Source: the human T2T-CHM13v2.0 reference genome, Homo sapiens. From it: a DNA stretch of 64,000 nt. The stretch lies in the NCBI RefSeq assembly GCF_009914755.1, contig NC_060926.1, one strand, 5' to 3'. The position numbers were made by a program, and so were the translations under genes. This document shows, piece after piece, positions 40,101 through 55,505 of this stretch; the stretch's first letter is position 1; each line of letters begins with the position of its first letter. Below the pieces are notes generated by a model. That model was given only the letters and a program-made list of their open reading frames with translations, made no database searches and was not told the DNA's origin.

Positions 40101-41048
40101 CTGAAGCCTCATCTGTTTACTTCTGTAAATATAGAGTGTAGCAAAGTACCTATTGTTATAGAAGGTGCTCAAGGGATGTGTCTTGCTCTGTGATCACTTT
40201 ATATATAAATTCACCTTTGCTCACAGTATCTCCCTTGTGTGAAATGCTCTTCCTGCTTCTGTCTTCCCAGTTAAGGTCCATCTCACTTCCAACGCTCATT
40301 TCTACTTAGCCAGCACACAATTGTGCCTTTCCTCTCTTCTGAATGCACACGGCAATGGTTTGCAGCACACAATGAGCACTTAAATTGTTAGTTATCTTAT
40401 TAACAGTATATTTACTTCATTCCATAAATATATACTGAGTATATATTAAACACCAGGCATGGTTGGAAGCACTTGTGATAGGTCATGGAGCAAAACAGAA
40501 AAAAAAAAAATCCCTTCTATCCTGGGTCTTGGAAATAATTTCCCCAACTAAAATGAAGACTTCTTTGAGGCAGGGACCCAATCACTCCACTTTCTGTATT
40601 TCTCATTATGTTTTGCACATAGTAACTGCTCAATTAATAATAGTCTCAGTAAGGTAATTTACCATGTAGATATGTTCCTAATATACAGAGCGGAACTACA
40701 CACAAGGCCTTTCTCTTTTCTCATAAGTTATCCTTGGAAAGTGAAACGATGCTTTCACGCTGTTTCTCACTTTCCTCCAACTGCGTTTTAGGCCAGAAGC
40801 AGAGGTATTAAAGTCACACACAGTGCAGGTATCAGCCAGAGAGATAGAATTCACTAAAATTTAATCATAGCAGCTTTTAGCACAAAAAATATCTTTTCAC
40901 AAGTGTAGAAATTATAGGCAGGAGAGATAACCTCATGAAAAGTTACTTTCACTAGCAAATATCTTTTTTCCTTTACACTCCGAAACAATTGACTAGAAAC
41001 CTGCTAACTAGGAGAAGTCACATGCTTAAAATTTCACAATATTTTGTT

Positions 41049-41326
<278 letters not shown>

Positions 41327-42434
41327 TACTTCACAATATTTTGTTCAACAACATTTTGAATGTGCACTATCTGAAATAAAAAGTATAAATATTTTCCTGG
41401 TTATTTGAAATGCTCCATTTTCTACTTCACAAAACCATCATTTTTAAAGTCTGCTCATTCACTGAACGAGGTATACAAAGCTATTCTTTTTGAAGGTATA
41501 GCTCTTCTAAAGCTTCATTAGGTTGTTAGTCACATGTATTAACATGTACAGGAGGCAGACCTGCAGATGAGCAATTTAGAAGGGAAAATAGTACTCACCT
41601 TGCTCTGCATCGGTTCTTCCTCATTTTTGCAATTTCTTATGTTAAATAAATCTACATATATTAATCTACCTTGTATACATTTTAAAACATTTGAAAGAGA
41701 AGAATGCAGATAACTCTTCTCAACTTAGCTATTTTATTCAATACTGAGATATTTCATAACACGATCTGTGGATGGCAGAAAATGGAATTTGAAATGAGTT
41801 CTAATTCTTATTAACATGAGAACACAGGCATACATCTTAAGTACAGTTTTTGTAAAATTGATGTCACAATTTTTATTATGCAAGAATGTTATGAGAAGAA
41901 ATATATTTAACATATCAAATCCTAGTTTATTGCTGATGTTTAGTTAGTAGTAGTATTCCTGCCTATATTAACACTTACACATACACAATTATATTACTGT
42001 TTTTTAATTATGAAAAAGCATTTATTTACATACCAGTAATAATTACACCAGCATTTAGCTAAGCAAGTACACAGGCATGATCTCTGCATTCGCAAAATAT
42101 TTCAACTTAAAGTTGATGTAAGTAGATATCTGAAAGAAGTTATAAATAAATAGCTACATAAACATGAAAGAAAAAGAATAGGTGAAGTCTTTGCCCTGTG
42201 TCTCAGGATTAATTCAAAGTTTCCTTGCTGAAAAGAGGAAGACATCCCATTAATCAGATTTCTTTTTCCAAGTTCTTCCTTTTTATAGGAATTGGCAGGA
42301 AAGGTCTTTGGCTAAAATACAGCTTAAGATTCGTGTACTGTGGCTGAGCTGTAGGCTGCATCCTAGAAGAGCCTTAAACATAAGTAAAAATAGGTCTGAG
42401 GGTTGAGGAAAAAGAAGAGAAAGAATATAGTGAC

Positions 42435-42560
42435 AATGAATCACGGACTCTTAGCTCTACAGACCTTAAAGACAAGGCAAACCAAATCCCTCATTTTATA
42501 ATGAGGAAACTGGGGCCCACACAGCTGAAGTGACTTGCTCAAGGCCACATACTGGGATTA
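42435..42560 (-). mobile_element. MIR
   Basis: ccctcattttataatgaggaaactggggccc...aagtgacttgctcaaggccaca core. Confidence 0.8.
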
Positions 42561-43244
42561 CAGCCGAAGAATCTTTGCATGTAAATCCTATGTGATTTAA
42601 AAAGAAATAAATATGAAGATCTTACTAGATATGGGCTGCTAACCAGATGGGAAACTGTGTTTGGAATTGCTGGTAAACTGGAATCAATTTGTTTAGCAAG
42701 TGGTAAGAATATACAAACATGGGGAATGTTTTAGGCAACGAAAAAGAATGTCATGTGAAGAATATGTACCTAATATAAATGGCAATTTTGACAGTGGTTC
42801 TGTTGATTCAAGTTTTTTGTGGGTTTAAATCTCTTTACAGACAAGGATGAAACTTTAATTCTCAATCTATATAAATTATCAGGCTATTATTTCAAAGAAC
42901 ACAAAAGAATAGTAATAGAGAAATGTACACTTGGATTTGGTCATTCTCCTCACACTGGAGGGAAAATTTTGCCTTGAATAGCATGAATAATGAGAACAGG
43001 AACTTTTCAAACATTTTCAAGATTGCCAGCCAATGGGAGAGGCTGATAATCAAAATGAAATTTTGTATTCTTTTCAAATCACCATATATTAAATATCCAA
43101 GATAGTATTAAAACCCTCTCATAAATGTTGCCATGATGTTCTATTTACAAAATTTCTTTGGGAACAACTTTCATTCTATTAAAGTCTTTCATTATCTGGA
43201 AAGCAAAGAACTAAAGAAAGGACTTTAAAGATAATCTAATAGTC

Positions 43245-43432
43245 TAATAGTCCTTCAATGTAAGGGTATATTAGAATCATATGGAGGCTCCTAAAAACAT
43301 AGATTTCAGAGCACTACCTCCCAGAGTTCCCGGTTCAGGAGGTCTGGGGTGAGATCTAAGAATATGTATTTCTGACAGATTCACAGGCAATGTTGACAAT
43401 GCTGATCCAGGTACCACCGTTTGGGAATGACT
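43245..43432. mobile_element. MER5A-like DNA transposon relic
   Basis: ttagaatcatatggagg...cccagagtt...ggtctggggtgag...aagaatatgtatttctgaca...tgctgatccagg. Confidence 0.78.
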
Positions 43433-44104
43433 AATCTAGTCAAACTATCTATTATTAGTCTAATTACCTTCTTTTTGATTCAGGTAGACAAATTCTAGTA
43501 TTCTTGGAACTTATTATTTAAACTTTTTTTCTCAACTCCTCCAACAACCAATTTGTTCTGTTTCTGATGTTGTCACTATACTCATCACCTATTAAGCTGA
43601 TTTCAGGTATATTCTACTAAAATATTGAACCAAAACAATCACGCAAACTAAGTCTCTTGTTCTTGGTACGGTTGCATATATAAATGCTATCTTTTGCATA
43701 ATTAATACGGAAAGAAAAATCACCAAGAACATTTTCAATTCCAACTATACCACATCAAATGGACATTTGGGTCTCCTGTGGCTTCTGCAAAGGGAACACA
43801 TAGAGAATTCTTCAGGGACACTGGAGGACTAAAGCAGAGCACAGAAGTGATATGCTACTACTGTAAGAGAAATGGGATTATTATCTCCAGAGAGCTTATG
43901 TTATTGCTGGAAAAATACTTCAAGAGTGTCAAATCTTAAAGCTTACATAAAAAAGATCAAATAAGTATTGTAGCATTTCACAATGATCTGATGATTCCCG
44001 TAGTATCAGCTAATCAGTGGGAAAAAAGTAAAGTGACCAAAAAATAGTTATCTTGAAATGACAAAATATCCTAGCAGTTGTCAAAATTAATATGATAATA
44101 TACA

Positions 44105-44411
44105 GGCCAGGTGAGGTGGCTCACGCCTGTAATCCCAGCACTTTGAGGCCGAGGTGGGCAGATCACTTGAGGTCAGGAGTTCAAGACCAGCCTGGGCAAC
44201 ATGGTGAAACCCCATCTCTCCTAAAAATACAAAAAGCAGTGGGGCATAGTGGCGCATGCCTGTAATCTCAGCTCCTTGGGAGGCTGAGGCACGAGAATCG
44301 CTTGAACCTGGGAGGCAGAGGTTGTGGTGAGCCAAAATCATGCCACTGCACTCCAGCAAGGGTGACAGAGTGAGAATCCATCTCGAAGTAAATAAATAAA
44401 TAAATAAAAAT
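44105..44411 (+). mobile_element. Alu (AluS-like)
   Basis: Full dimer, (TAAA)n tail, perfect 20-bp TSD AATTAATATGATAATATACA at 44085-44104 and 44412-44431. Confidence 0.96.
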
Positions 44412-44722
44412 AATTAATATGATAATATACAAATCAGGGCTGCTGCAATGGAATGTGAAGAAAATAGAAAATGTTTGCTAAATCCATCATCTCCCATGAT
44501 ATGTATACGTGCCCATGAACATATACACATACACACTCACATACAAACTTTTCCTAGATACACACACAGAACCTTTACTCAAAGCATTTTGTTCCTAGTT
44601 ACGGAATAAAGATATTGAAAAATGCATTTTCATTAATGTGATAAAGCATAATAAATTACTCCTGCCAGATGTGATGTGACATGTACATATTTTCTTAAAA
44701 GAGCTGTAGAAATGGGCAAAGA

Positions 44723-44723
<1 letters not shown>

Positions 44724-44767
<44 letters not shown>
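44724..44767. repeat. (CA)n microsatellite
   Basis: Perfect dinucleotide run of about 22 units. Confidence 0.97.
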
Positions 44768-44770
<3 letters not shown>

Positions 44771-47563
44771 AATTAACGGATCCTCCAAGACACCAATCTT
44801 CAAATATTACTGAGCATTTAATAAGTGTTATGAGAAATAATACCAAAAACAGAAGAATGAGATAATAAACTACAGATGAGAAATAAAGACTTATACACAT
44901 AAAAAGACAACTCTAGACAGTAAATATTTGGGTTCAGAAGCAGAAGAACCATCAAGTAATCAAAGACTGCACTACTCTGGATGAACTTGATGTGAGCTGG
45001 ATCATCTCCACAGGCTGAATTTTCTTAGGCAGAGCGGAAGGAGGGAAGGAAGAGGACAGCCCAAATGAGGGCATCATTTAGCAGGGATGAAGGCATAAAG
45101 AAAAGGTATTGACTACACCAGTGTGTCTCTATACTTCTCTGAATCAAAGAGTTGATGCCAGAGCATGTGAAGAACAAAGCATGCTGTAGAGTTGTCGCAT
45201 AAGATTGTGGAGGAACTTAAATGTGGAAAGAATAAAAGAATGCCAGAAAAACTGCATGTTAACAAAACCTACTGACAACATTAGAAAAGGAAATATTGAG
45301 ATAGTGGAGAGAGAATTTTCCTGGAGACCTCAAAACCATAAATGAGAGATAATACTGAAGACCTACTCCATTTGGCTTTACATGGCTATAGCTTTCAGGG
45401 ACTCAGATACCGTAGGCACTGAATGTCAAAAGAGAGGTTGCATTTAGAACTCAGGCAGCAGCCTCTCATACTGCACTCTATAGATCAATTTTAGTTTAAT
45501 GAGATTTAATTTTAAAATCCTTAGGTTTTATCTTTAGCACTTCAACACACTGAAAATGCTTCCAGGTTTTGATTTACAGAATTACTGTCACTGTCAATAA
45601 AAGAAATGTGCCTGACACACCAAAATCCAGTTTAATTACTTCTGTAATGTCTCCTGCAGCTAAGAGGAAATGGTATTTCTCTGACACTTTTCTGTTTTTA
45701 ATTTAGCAAAATGGAGCACTTTCCCTTAATAGGACCTGGGACAGCAGATTCAGAATTGATGTCATCAAAGATGGACCCCACAGTTTCAGCAACACTGTCT
45801 TACTCTGACTGTGCAATGATTGCATGAATCTGGATCCTTGGTATTGGATTCCTTGAAGCTGGGCACTCATCAAAGATTTGACACGGAATCATGGCTGGGA
45901 TATTTAGACATTATGTCATCACTTGGAGAAGCTTTGCAAGCAAATTCAACAGCCTGCTTCTACCTAGAACTCTTAACAATGTCAGCATTGCCCTGAACTG
46001 CTGGAATCCAGATGAGGCCTTGAAAGCTTCCAAATAGAACTGCCAAATATCAAAATATACACTGTACCACTGGAGTGAAGAAACCAAGAAAAAATGTGTA
46101 CTTTATATCTTCTGCTACATATTCCATCTGCTTCTCTCCCTAAAGGGTCATATGTTATATATTTATAAGAAGTGTTCACACCTACGCGAACAGTTTCCAC
46201 TGTCTCCTTCAAATACAGCCTCCTCCTTGTTCAAGACCCATTTTTTAAAATTCTTCTATGGTAGCTGAACCTTTTATGAAACTTGTTCCATTCTGAAATC
46301 ATTTCAAGTTAAGAAATGCCCTTGTACCTTCCTATCTCACCAAATCCTGGGGAGATTAAGCCTCACACTCTATAGGCCTTTTTCTGAGAGATGTGAATTT
46401 AGATCATTAGGGTCATTAAAATCACACAATCTATAATACTCAGAGCTAACATATCACCTTTGTGCTTTATGCTGCTATAGAATGCTACAAGAGAGTTAAA
46501 ACACGTATAGCATCACAGAACTGTAGAGAAGGCCATAATTCCTCCCCATAAAAGAATTCTATACTTTTTAACTGGCACAGTAAATCTCATTAAAGACACA
46601 GAATGCTTTGTTCAGGGAAGCAAAAGGGATCCCTGGGCAAGGTGCGTTTCCTTCACAGTAATATTTTTTTTCCTTATGACTTGAATTATTCCTTAATGCA
46701 AGCACAATGTTATTTTTATCTTGACCTTTTTTCTGGACTCTACATGTTTCCCCAGGCTTTTTTTCCCTTCCCTACAAAAATGAGGGGCCCTTGGTCTTCA
46801 CTATTAATCTTGTATTAACTTTTAATACACTGGGCTTCATGCATCCTCTTGTATTTCTCTGTGTATCTACCAAAGACCTTCATAGGCCACACTAATAACC
46901 TCCGACTTAGTCTTTTTTTCTTTCTGCCTCAACAACTGTATAAAGAATAAACTCAGGTATAATTAACATAATAAATCATTTGGTGCACATTCATTGGTCA
47001 ACACAATTCTGAATCTTAACAGTTAATTTCCCACTATACAGATTGTGAATCTGATTCACATAAAAGTACTTTGGGAAGTATTTTGTCTGATTTCACTATC
47101 AAATATTAGATTATTATTTTTGAGAAACTCAGAAAGGCTGTCATGGAAAAATCACAGAAAATTCCCATCTCTCTTTCATAATCAGTACCTTTTTAATAAC
47201 AGAGCTGGAAGTTAATGACAGTATGCTTTTGACAGCTCACTCTGAAATTTTAACTCATCTGTAGAAGTGCCAACTGAGCAGTTGAGGGGAAAAGCATAAG
47301 GTTTAAATTTACATCTAAGAATTAAGAGTGAGAAAAGCATGGAAAAACATTACACAGTGTTAAAGTGCACTTATTACTAATTTCTCTAGGGAATTTTGCA
47401 GCTAGGGAATTTCAGTTGCATTATTATTGAATCTATCCCCCTTTAACAGAGACTGTGGGTGCAGAAAAGAATATGGCCTTGAAGGCAGACGCATTCAAGT
47501 TCTGTTTGTGCCAACTACTAACCATTTCAGCCCAAAGAAGTTACTTAAAATATTCATACCTCA

Positions 47564-48645
47564 CAATCAGCAAAGGGAAGAGACAATCTAAAGAACTGGA
47601 GAAAATATTTGCAGACTATTAATCCAAAGAAAAAGTAATAACCAGAATACATAAAGAACTCAAACAATTCAATCATAAAATAATTATAACAAATAATTGA
47701 ATTTTTAAAATGGGCAAAAGAAGACATTCCTCAAAAGAAGACATATAAATGGTCAACAGGAATATAAAAAAAATGCTTGATATCACTAATCATCAGAGAA
47801 ATGCAAAAATCACATTAAGACATCAAAATCAAAATCACAATGAGATAGCATCTCACTCCAGTTAATATGGCTATTATAAAAAAGACATAAAATAACACAT
47901 GCTGGCAAAAATTTGGAAAAAGAGAAATGCTTGTACACTGCTGGTGGAAATGTGAATTAGTACAACCACTATGGAGAATAGCTTGGTGGTTCCTCAAAAA
48001 ATCAAACACATAACTACCGTATGATCCAGCAATCTCACTGCTGAGTATATATCCAAAAGAAAGGAAATCAGTATATCGAAGAGATAATTGCATTCCCATG
48101 TTTACTGCAGCACTATTCACAATAACCAAGATAAGAAATCAACCTAAGAATCTGTGGATAAACGGATAAAGAAAAAAATGGTATATATATTCCAATACGA
48201 GTTGAACTGGAGGTCATTATGTTAAGTGAAACAAGCCAGGCTCAGAAAGACAAATATCGCATGTTCTCACTCATATGTGCGAGCTAGTAAAATTGACCTC
48301 TTGGAGACAGTGAATAGAGTAGAATAGGTGGTAACCAGAGGCCATAAAGGGTAGAAAGGTGGAGAGGATGAAGAGGGGTTGGTTGATGTATACAAAGATA
48401 AAGATAAGTAGAAGAAATAAGAGTAGTGTTTGATAACACAATATGGCAAATACAGTTAACAATATTTTATTGCATATTTCAAAATAGCTAGAAGAGTGGA
48501 ATTGGAATGTTCCCAACAAAAATAAGTGATAAATATTTTAAATGATGGATACCCAATTACCCAGATTTGATCATTACACATTGTGTGCTTATATTAAAAT
48601 ACCACATGTACCCCCTAAATATGTACAACTATCATGTATTCATAA
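47564..48645 (+). mobile_element. 5'-truncated L1 (L1MA4/5-like), ORF2 end and 3' UTR with internal deletions
   Basis: ggagaaaatatttgca...aaaatgggcaaaaga...tatgatccagcaatctcactgctgagtatatatccaaaagaaaggaaatcagtatatcgaagagata...gatttgatcattacacattg. Confidence 0.9.
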
Positions 48646-48942
<297 letters not shown>

Positions 48943-49371
48943 ATAAAATTTTAAAAAATCTATTTATGCTTCAGTATTCTTCTTTTTACATTTAAAGTAA
49001 TCAGATATTTTTGGAGAAAAGGTAAAGCTTATAAAATTTAAATGGCATGCATATAATACATATTAATTATGATATTAGCACTGAAATATGTTGATGTAAT
49101 CTACATAAATTTTTTGTAGTTCTTTTTATGCACTAGCTAGGCATATCCACAGCAACAAAGTATAGAAACAACCTAGGCCTGATCTAACACTTCTTTCCAA
49201 ATCCAATCATAATTATATTATTTTAAAATAAAAGATTTCATAAATTATAAGGTAATTATGTGTAATCCTATACTTTAAAAACACTCCTGATAATTTGATT
49301 TCATAAAGTGGGAGAAGTATTTAACCGTTTGCTCTCTTCAAATATCTTCCTGATTAATAAAATGATACTAA

Positions 49372-49775
49372 GTATTTTTTTACTTTTATTTTAGATCCAG
49401 AGGTACATGTGAAAGTTTGTTACATAGGTAAACTTGTGTCACATGGGTTTGTTGTACAGATCACTTCATCACCCAGGTATTAAGCCTAGTAGCCAATAAT
49501 TATTTTTTCTGCTCCTCTCCCTCTTCCCACTCCACCCTCAAGTAGACTGTGGTGTCTGCTGCTCCCTTCTTTGCGTTCATGAGTTCACGTAGTTTAGCTC
49601 CCACTTACAAATGGGAACATGTGGTATTTGGTTTTCTGTTCCTGCATTCATTTGCTAAGGAAAATAGCCTCCAGCTCCATCCATTATCCCACAAAAGACA
49701 TTATCTCATTTCTTTTTATGTTTGCATGGTATTCTATGGTGTATATGTACCACATTTTCTTTATTCAATCTGTCA
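49372..49775 (-). mobile_element. 5'-truncated L1PA (PA13/14-like) 3' end, sense to NRXN1
   Basis: ggtacatgtg..gtttgttacataggtaaacttgtgtc...tttagctcccactta...gtatatgtaccacattttcttta; atactaag repeated at both flanks (probable TSD). Confidence 0.9.
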
Positions 49776-52700
49776 TACTAAGCCATTTATTATTTGTACT
49801 TATTTGGTATTGTGCAAGGTTCTGATAATTCACTGTGATTTATCTTCAGTTTGTTCACACGGGCTTTTGGTACATCATTTTTAGAGAAGTAAAATCTATA
49901 TAAAAAGTAAAATTAAACTTAATGGCTCCAAGTGTCAACAGTTAGCACCTCTGATTAAGGCAGTATCCCCATCCTGCCTTGATTCTGCACCTGTTGTGTT
50001 GCTACAGATGGAAGTAACATGATAAACACGGATATATAATGCATTCGCATGGAAAAAAAACATTCAGATGAGGCTATCTATTTGAATAGCATTTAGTGAT
50101 AACTAAAACCATTGTCTTTCCTTGAGAATAGTTAGTCAAGGTGACTAGCAAAACCTCCTCTGAATGCAGCTCTGGTTAGCTGGGCTCTGGTGAGATAGGA
50201 TAGTGTTACCACAGTAAGACCAACATTGAAAGCCACCTCCATATTTACCTATAAGATCGATGATGAAGAGTGCTAACATTTGAGCCAAATTAAGGTCTAC
50301 ACAGACAGAGTTTTAATGAAGCCAGAAAAATTAGAGCATACTAGCAGGAAAATCCATAGGTGAAGAAAACATTCTGACTGGGTTTGCTTCCTTTTTGATT
50401 TCTAGGGGCCAAGGTGGCAGAATTCACAGACTAAAAGGCTGCTGAGAGTTGAATCATCAAGCTGCTCAACAGTGCAAGGGACTAACATAGATAATTCAAA
50501 TACAGCATTACTCTATTCCCTTTTTTGGTGTTTTTCTCCCCACCTAAATTTTCTCATATAGATACAGACTGAAACTATTATTCAGCTGCCCAACAATAAT
50601 ATAAAAAGACCAATGCTTCCATTTATGCATCTACTTTTATGATGTCAATTCTAAAAAGAAGAACAAAGATAAGTTTACGTAAAATAGTAGCAGATAGCAC
50701 TTCTATGACATATTACATTTCTCTGTCATACATTATGCTTTATTTTCTGTCCTTCATTACATTTTCTTACTTAGTAGGAAAAATATTTTAATCCTTTATC
50801 ATTTACCTGAGGCAGGTCTGACCCTGTTTCCCCATAGTTTTTTTAAGGTGTTTTCAGTAAAGATTGCTTATGAATTGCTTTAAACAGCTTAAGGGCTTCC
50901 ACTTAGAAAAAATTCAAGGTTAATAAGATTCATCATACTCACAAAGAGTATCTGGTTGTGGACATAGCTACTTGCTAAATTTTATTCAGCCCTAAGTGAC
51001 ACCAGCAGCAAATCAGCTCACAGCTTAATACTACTGGCAACTCTAAATGGGAGAGAAGTAACATTACTCAGATCCAGGTTTTTAAAAATATATGTTATGA
51101 TTCACTTCCATTAGTTCATATATTGATGCTCAGACACTGGATATTGGATTCTCTTTCAAACAACAAAAGAAGCTGAGAAACAAAGCTGAAGATATTTTTA
51201 AATGTCATGGTAAAAAGTCACAGGGAAGTGTATTTTATCCTCATTTCAGCGAATGTTTCTAACTCTCATATGAAAGATACAATAAATTCCTATCAGAAAG
51301 ATTTTCTCTTGGCAAAGTTTAGGATTCTGAAAACAGCCTTTTAATAAAACAGCACCCACACCCTCCTAAGCTGTAGCACCAAAATAACAGCACTATGTTA
51401 TATTCTTCCCTTATGGTAACAGACACTGTTGAAGCTGAACTGTAATTTGGCATACAACATTTCTATACTAATGTAATGTGACAATGTTATTATGTTCGCT
51501 ATTTTGCATACGGTCATAGCCATGTTCATCTTCTCCAACCTGACATTAAGTTAGCTTAATATGGTAACATTCTATTCCGGACCACTGGGTAAAAGGAGAA
51601 AAGGATTATTGTGTAGCACACTGGTGTGATGATGGTGGACGAATGTGTAAGTATTAATAGGTGATATATAAAATTTACAATGAATGTAAACTTTTAGCAC
51701 AGAACTGGCACATAGTAAGTGCTCAGCAAATGGTTACATCCAAGAGAAATTTCATAAACAGCTACACCATACAATGTAGTCCAGCACACTGTTTCCTACA
51801 ATTTCAGAAGAGGGAAAAATAATGTCAAGCTCAGAAAACAAAGGAAGTTTCCATGGGACAAAAGAGTTTTAGTAGAGATTGAAAAGGAAATTATATTTCT
51901 TCAAGCAGACATAGTGAAAGAATGCATTCCAGGTGGAATGAATGCATTTTCCAGGTGGGGAAATTAGCATAAGCAATGGTGAGGAAATTGGAAAGTGTAA
52001 TGTTGTTCAGAAAGCTGTAAGTAAATTGGCAGTAATATGCCATATGGACAAGGTTCTGCAACAGATAAGTATGAACATGAAGGCTGGGGTCAGACCATTG
52101 AGGTCCACGAATTCCACATTGACTAACTTGGAGAGTAGTATTGGACACTGAGGATATATTTGAAATTCTTCTGCAAGATGCATGTGTCTAGCACGCTTTG
52201 ATTTTAGTGAGTTATTACAATTACATGCAGCATGCTATAAAAACACTGGGCTTATAAACCAAGAAAACAGAGAAGAATGTTATTCCTAGTAGAAGTATAG
52301 AGTCTTATAGGGAGGTAAGACTAAACATAGGTAACTATAAGGAAAAAGTGATGGCAAATTAAATAGTATAAACAAAATTCTATAGGAAGCCAGAGGAGAA
52401 AAAAAATATTGCCTCTGGTTAGGAGAATTAGGAGAGACTGATGACATTTAAACTAGGAAGAATAGAAAGAAAGAACAAAACTGGCAGAGAGGCACAGAAT
52501 GGATCAGAGGAAAGAGGAATAAGAAATGGGAGATAACTAAGAAATTACATGATATACCAGAAAAATTATACAGAGGATCTAAAATTTGGTATTGATATGG
52601 AAGAAAACTTGAAGAGGTGAGTATATGACATTACCCTGTACACACACCTGCATATCCACATACACACATGCACAAAACAATTGTTTTTGTCAGTGAGTAG

Positions 52701-55505
52701 GTCACTTAGATGGCAATTTTCCGGGGAAGAAAGGGTTTAACAAACATTTCATTAAAAATAGCCTTTGGCATCATTTTGAATAGCACTTCTTTTTGAAAGA
52801 TTCCTTTCAGTTCAATTAATTAGTATGATTTATCCAAGATTACATTTACAAGCTACAAAGTATTCCCATCTTCCCATTGTTAATTATATCTCCAGGCTAA
52901 TATAAATACATTTTTTCTAGTTACCCTAACCCACTCTATAAACCTTATCAGCGAGATGACATTTAGAAATTCTATTTTGGGGGAGGGAAGGTCTCATTTG
53001 TAATGTGGCATGTTCGTTTCCCCATTAAAAAGTTTTGTTTCTATTTTCTTTTTTGTTTTCTATGTAATTGGAGGCTGCAATCACAGAATTTATGAAAAAA
53101 TAAACTAGAGATGAAAATTTCATTAAGAAGTGAAATGCCTTAAATGGCTTTATTTTAAAAGAAAAATCAGCTTCTATACAGAAAAGGAGTTTGTTAAAAC
53201 CCCAGGAATCACACTAATTCTATTTGTGCATCTTAGAGAAAAACAGTGAGATGTACAGACAAGATTTATTTTGATCAATTTAAAAAGTGAGGAAAGTGTT
53301 GCATGCTATTTCTATTGCTTATTAATTCCACGTCTTCAAAGTAACAATTGCTACTATATCTTCTACCAATTATAATTGATACAAAATAAGATTTGCTTTT
53401 GAATATTGATTTGTACCTATGTATTCTCACCACTGAAACTCCAACGTATAAGCCAAGGAACCATTTCACATTTTCAGAAAACCCACTAACAGGTAATGAT
53501 TTAATCAAAATGCATGTATTCTGAGAGCTCTCTAAAGTAATTTTAATGCTGATTTGTGCAAGAGGCATATCAGGAGACACATTTATTGAATGACATTTAC
53601 CTATTTACAAGAAAATAACGAATAGCCTTATCATTGTCATCACCAGTACTATCACCCAAGAGCAGCATTAAAATAGTTTTCTGTAAAAATCATTCGAAGA
53701 CAGCATGATACTTATGGTTGTATCTTGGTGTTTCTTTAGGGAAAGTCTAACAAATACATACATAAAATTATATTCTTTATATTTAACTGGTATATGAGGA
53801 TACACAGTCTGCCACAACCAAATGGCAACTGTATGTAAAACATGGAAACTACATTAAGCATAGTTTGGCAGAAAAAGTTCTTTAGCAACATGAAAAATAT
53901 TTTCACACCAAAAAAATCCCTCTCAACTACCACATGTAGTCATACATCTGTCAGGATTGTATTCAGGATGAAAAATTTGCGATAATAAAATCTTAACAAG
54001 TATTCAGTCTTCTGATTGTCCTTGAAAATAAATTTACGCCATTTTCTGTGAGGCAGGAACAAATGCAGGAAGTAATTTACCTATACACACATATACATAT
54101 CCTTATGAAAAGCACATGTAAGGCTGCTATATGTATATATATTTATTAAGACTTTATGTAAAGTTGTTTATATAACTCAAAATGGCGTTATTGTGTTTTA
54201 AGTGTGATTTGGCTTGCAGAGTGTTCGCAAATGTATGATAGTTTGAATACATGTTTATTGCTTCAGGTTTACTGTAATTCTATGGGAGAGGAAACTAGTA
54301 AAATGAAGAACAAATATTTCTCCATCTACAGTGGCATGGTTGTTAAAGGCCTCTTCCACATATGTTTTAACTCTGTATTGGTTGTGCGTTTTTCCAATAG
54401 TCAATATTTTGGAAAGGAAACCTAAAGACAGCAGGTAAATTGTACTTTATTGCTAGGCTGCAACAACTCAGTTCAGAGGATTACTGTAGCTTTACCCCAT
54501 CTTCTACATTGCGATGCACATATCTGTTGACATGAATACAGTCTCAAATAGACAAAGGTCAAAATGAACAAGCTCTACTCTTTCTTTAAATCCACATTCA
54601 AATTCAGCCTCTGCTACAAAATCTAAACCTTCAACCGTTGCATCTTCTATTCCATCATCCTGGAGGTTTAGCTTAAGTGTTGTAGCACTGACAACATATA
54701 GCACGTATTCTATTTTACAACCAGGTCAATTTGTCAGGAATATTCTCTTAATATAGCAGAATGCAATGTTTTGTATGAAATTCTTTTATCATTTTGATGA
54801 TGTGCTGTAAATCAGGACCTATTAGAACATTAAGACACAGAACTTCATCTTATAGATCAGTTAATTCCATCTTCAAACCCTCACTGCTGTGATATAAATT
54901 AGGCACTAGCAGATATGCCATGATATAATGTGAATCATGTGTTTTATTTTCATGCTTATATTGTAATACTTAGTTAAAGGATTTTAAGGGGAAAAACATA
55001 AGTTGCTAAGATACAAGGGAGAATGGCTGAAGGGACAATGTTTGAACATATTTTTTTAAAAGTAAAAGGCAGCAATGGGCTTAAAGAGATGTACGCAGAG
55101 AGAAAAATGAGGCCTGTAACCATTCAGTAAAATTACAGCCCTCGAGACATAATCATATGAAATTAAGTATTATTTAATATAAAACAATATGAAGGTTCTT
55201 TCAAAAACCAAGGGAGAATTGTCATATATTGGAAATGAAAAACATTCTTTTGAACAAGGTGATCATTAGTAATTAAAAAATAATAATAAACCCAAAAACC
55301 AAAGAATCACCATCATCACAGGATTTAGCCACTTTAACAATTAGTATTTCAAAACTGTCCTTTCCGTAGAAACAACTGCTTCTAAGGGTTATGACAGTTC
55401 GACTGACTCAGAGTTAATATAAGGACTTTCAGTGTTAGACTTTAGATATCAAACAGTAACTGGAAGCAACGATGAGTATCAGTCCATACTCAGAGAGGTA
55501 CTTAC

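Noticed and set aside
54504-54704. 66-aa minus-strand ORF with protein-like composition near the EGF3 exon
   Set aside because: No similarity to neurexin domains that I recognise and no clear splice sites; treated as a chance ORF.
55435-55505. Read-through of the EGF3 exon into the intron ([23 protein letters not shown]) as a secreted truncated isoform
   Set aside because: The donor is a strong GTAAGT and the extension length is what chance gives; no sequence evidence of a terminal exon.
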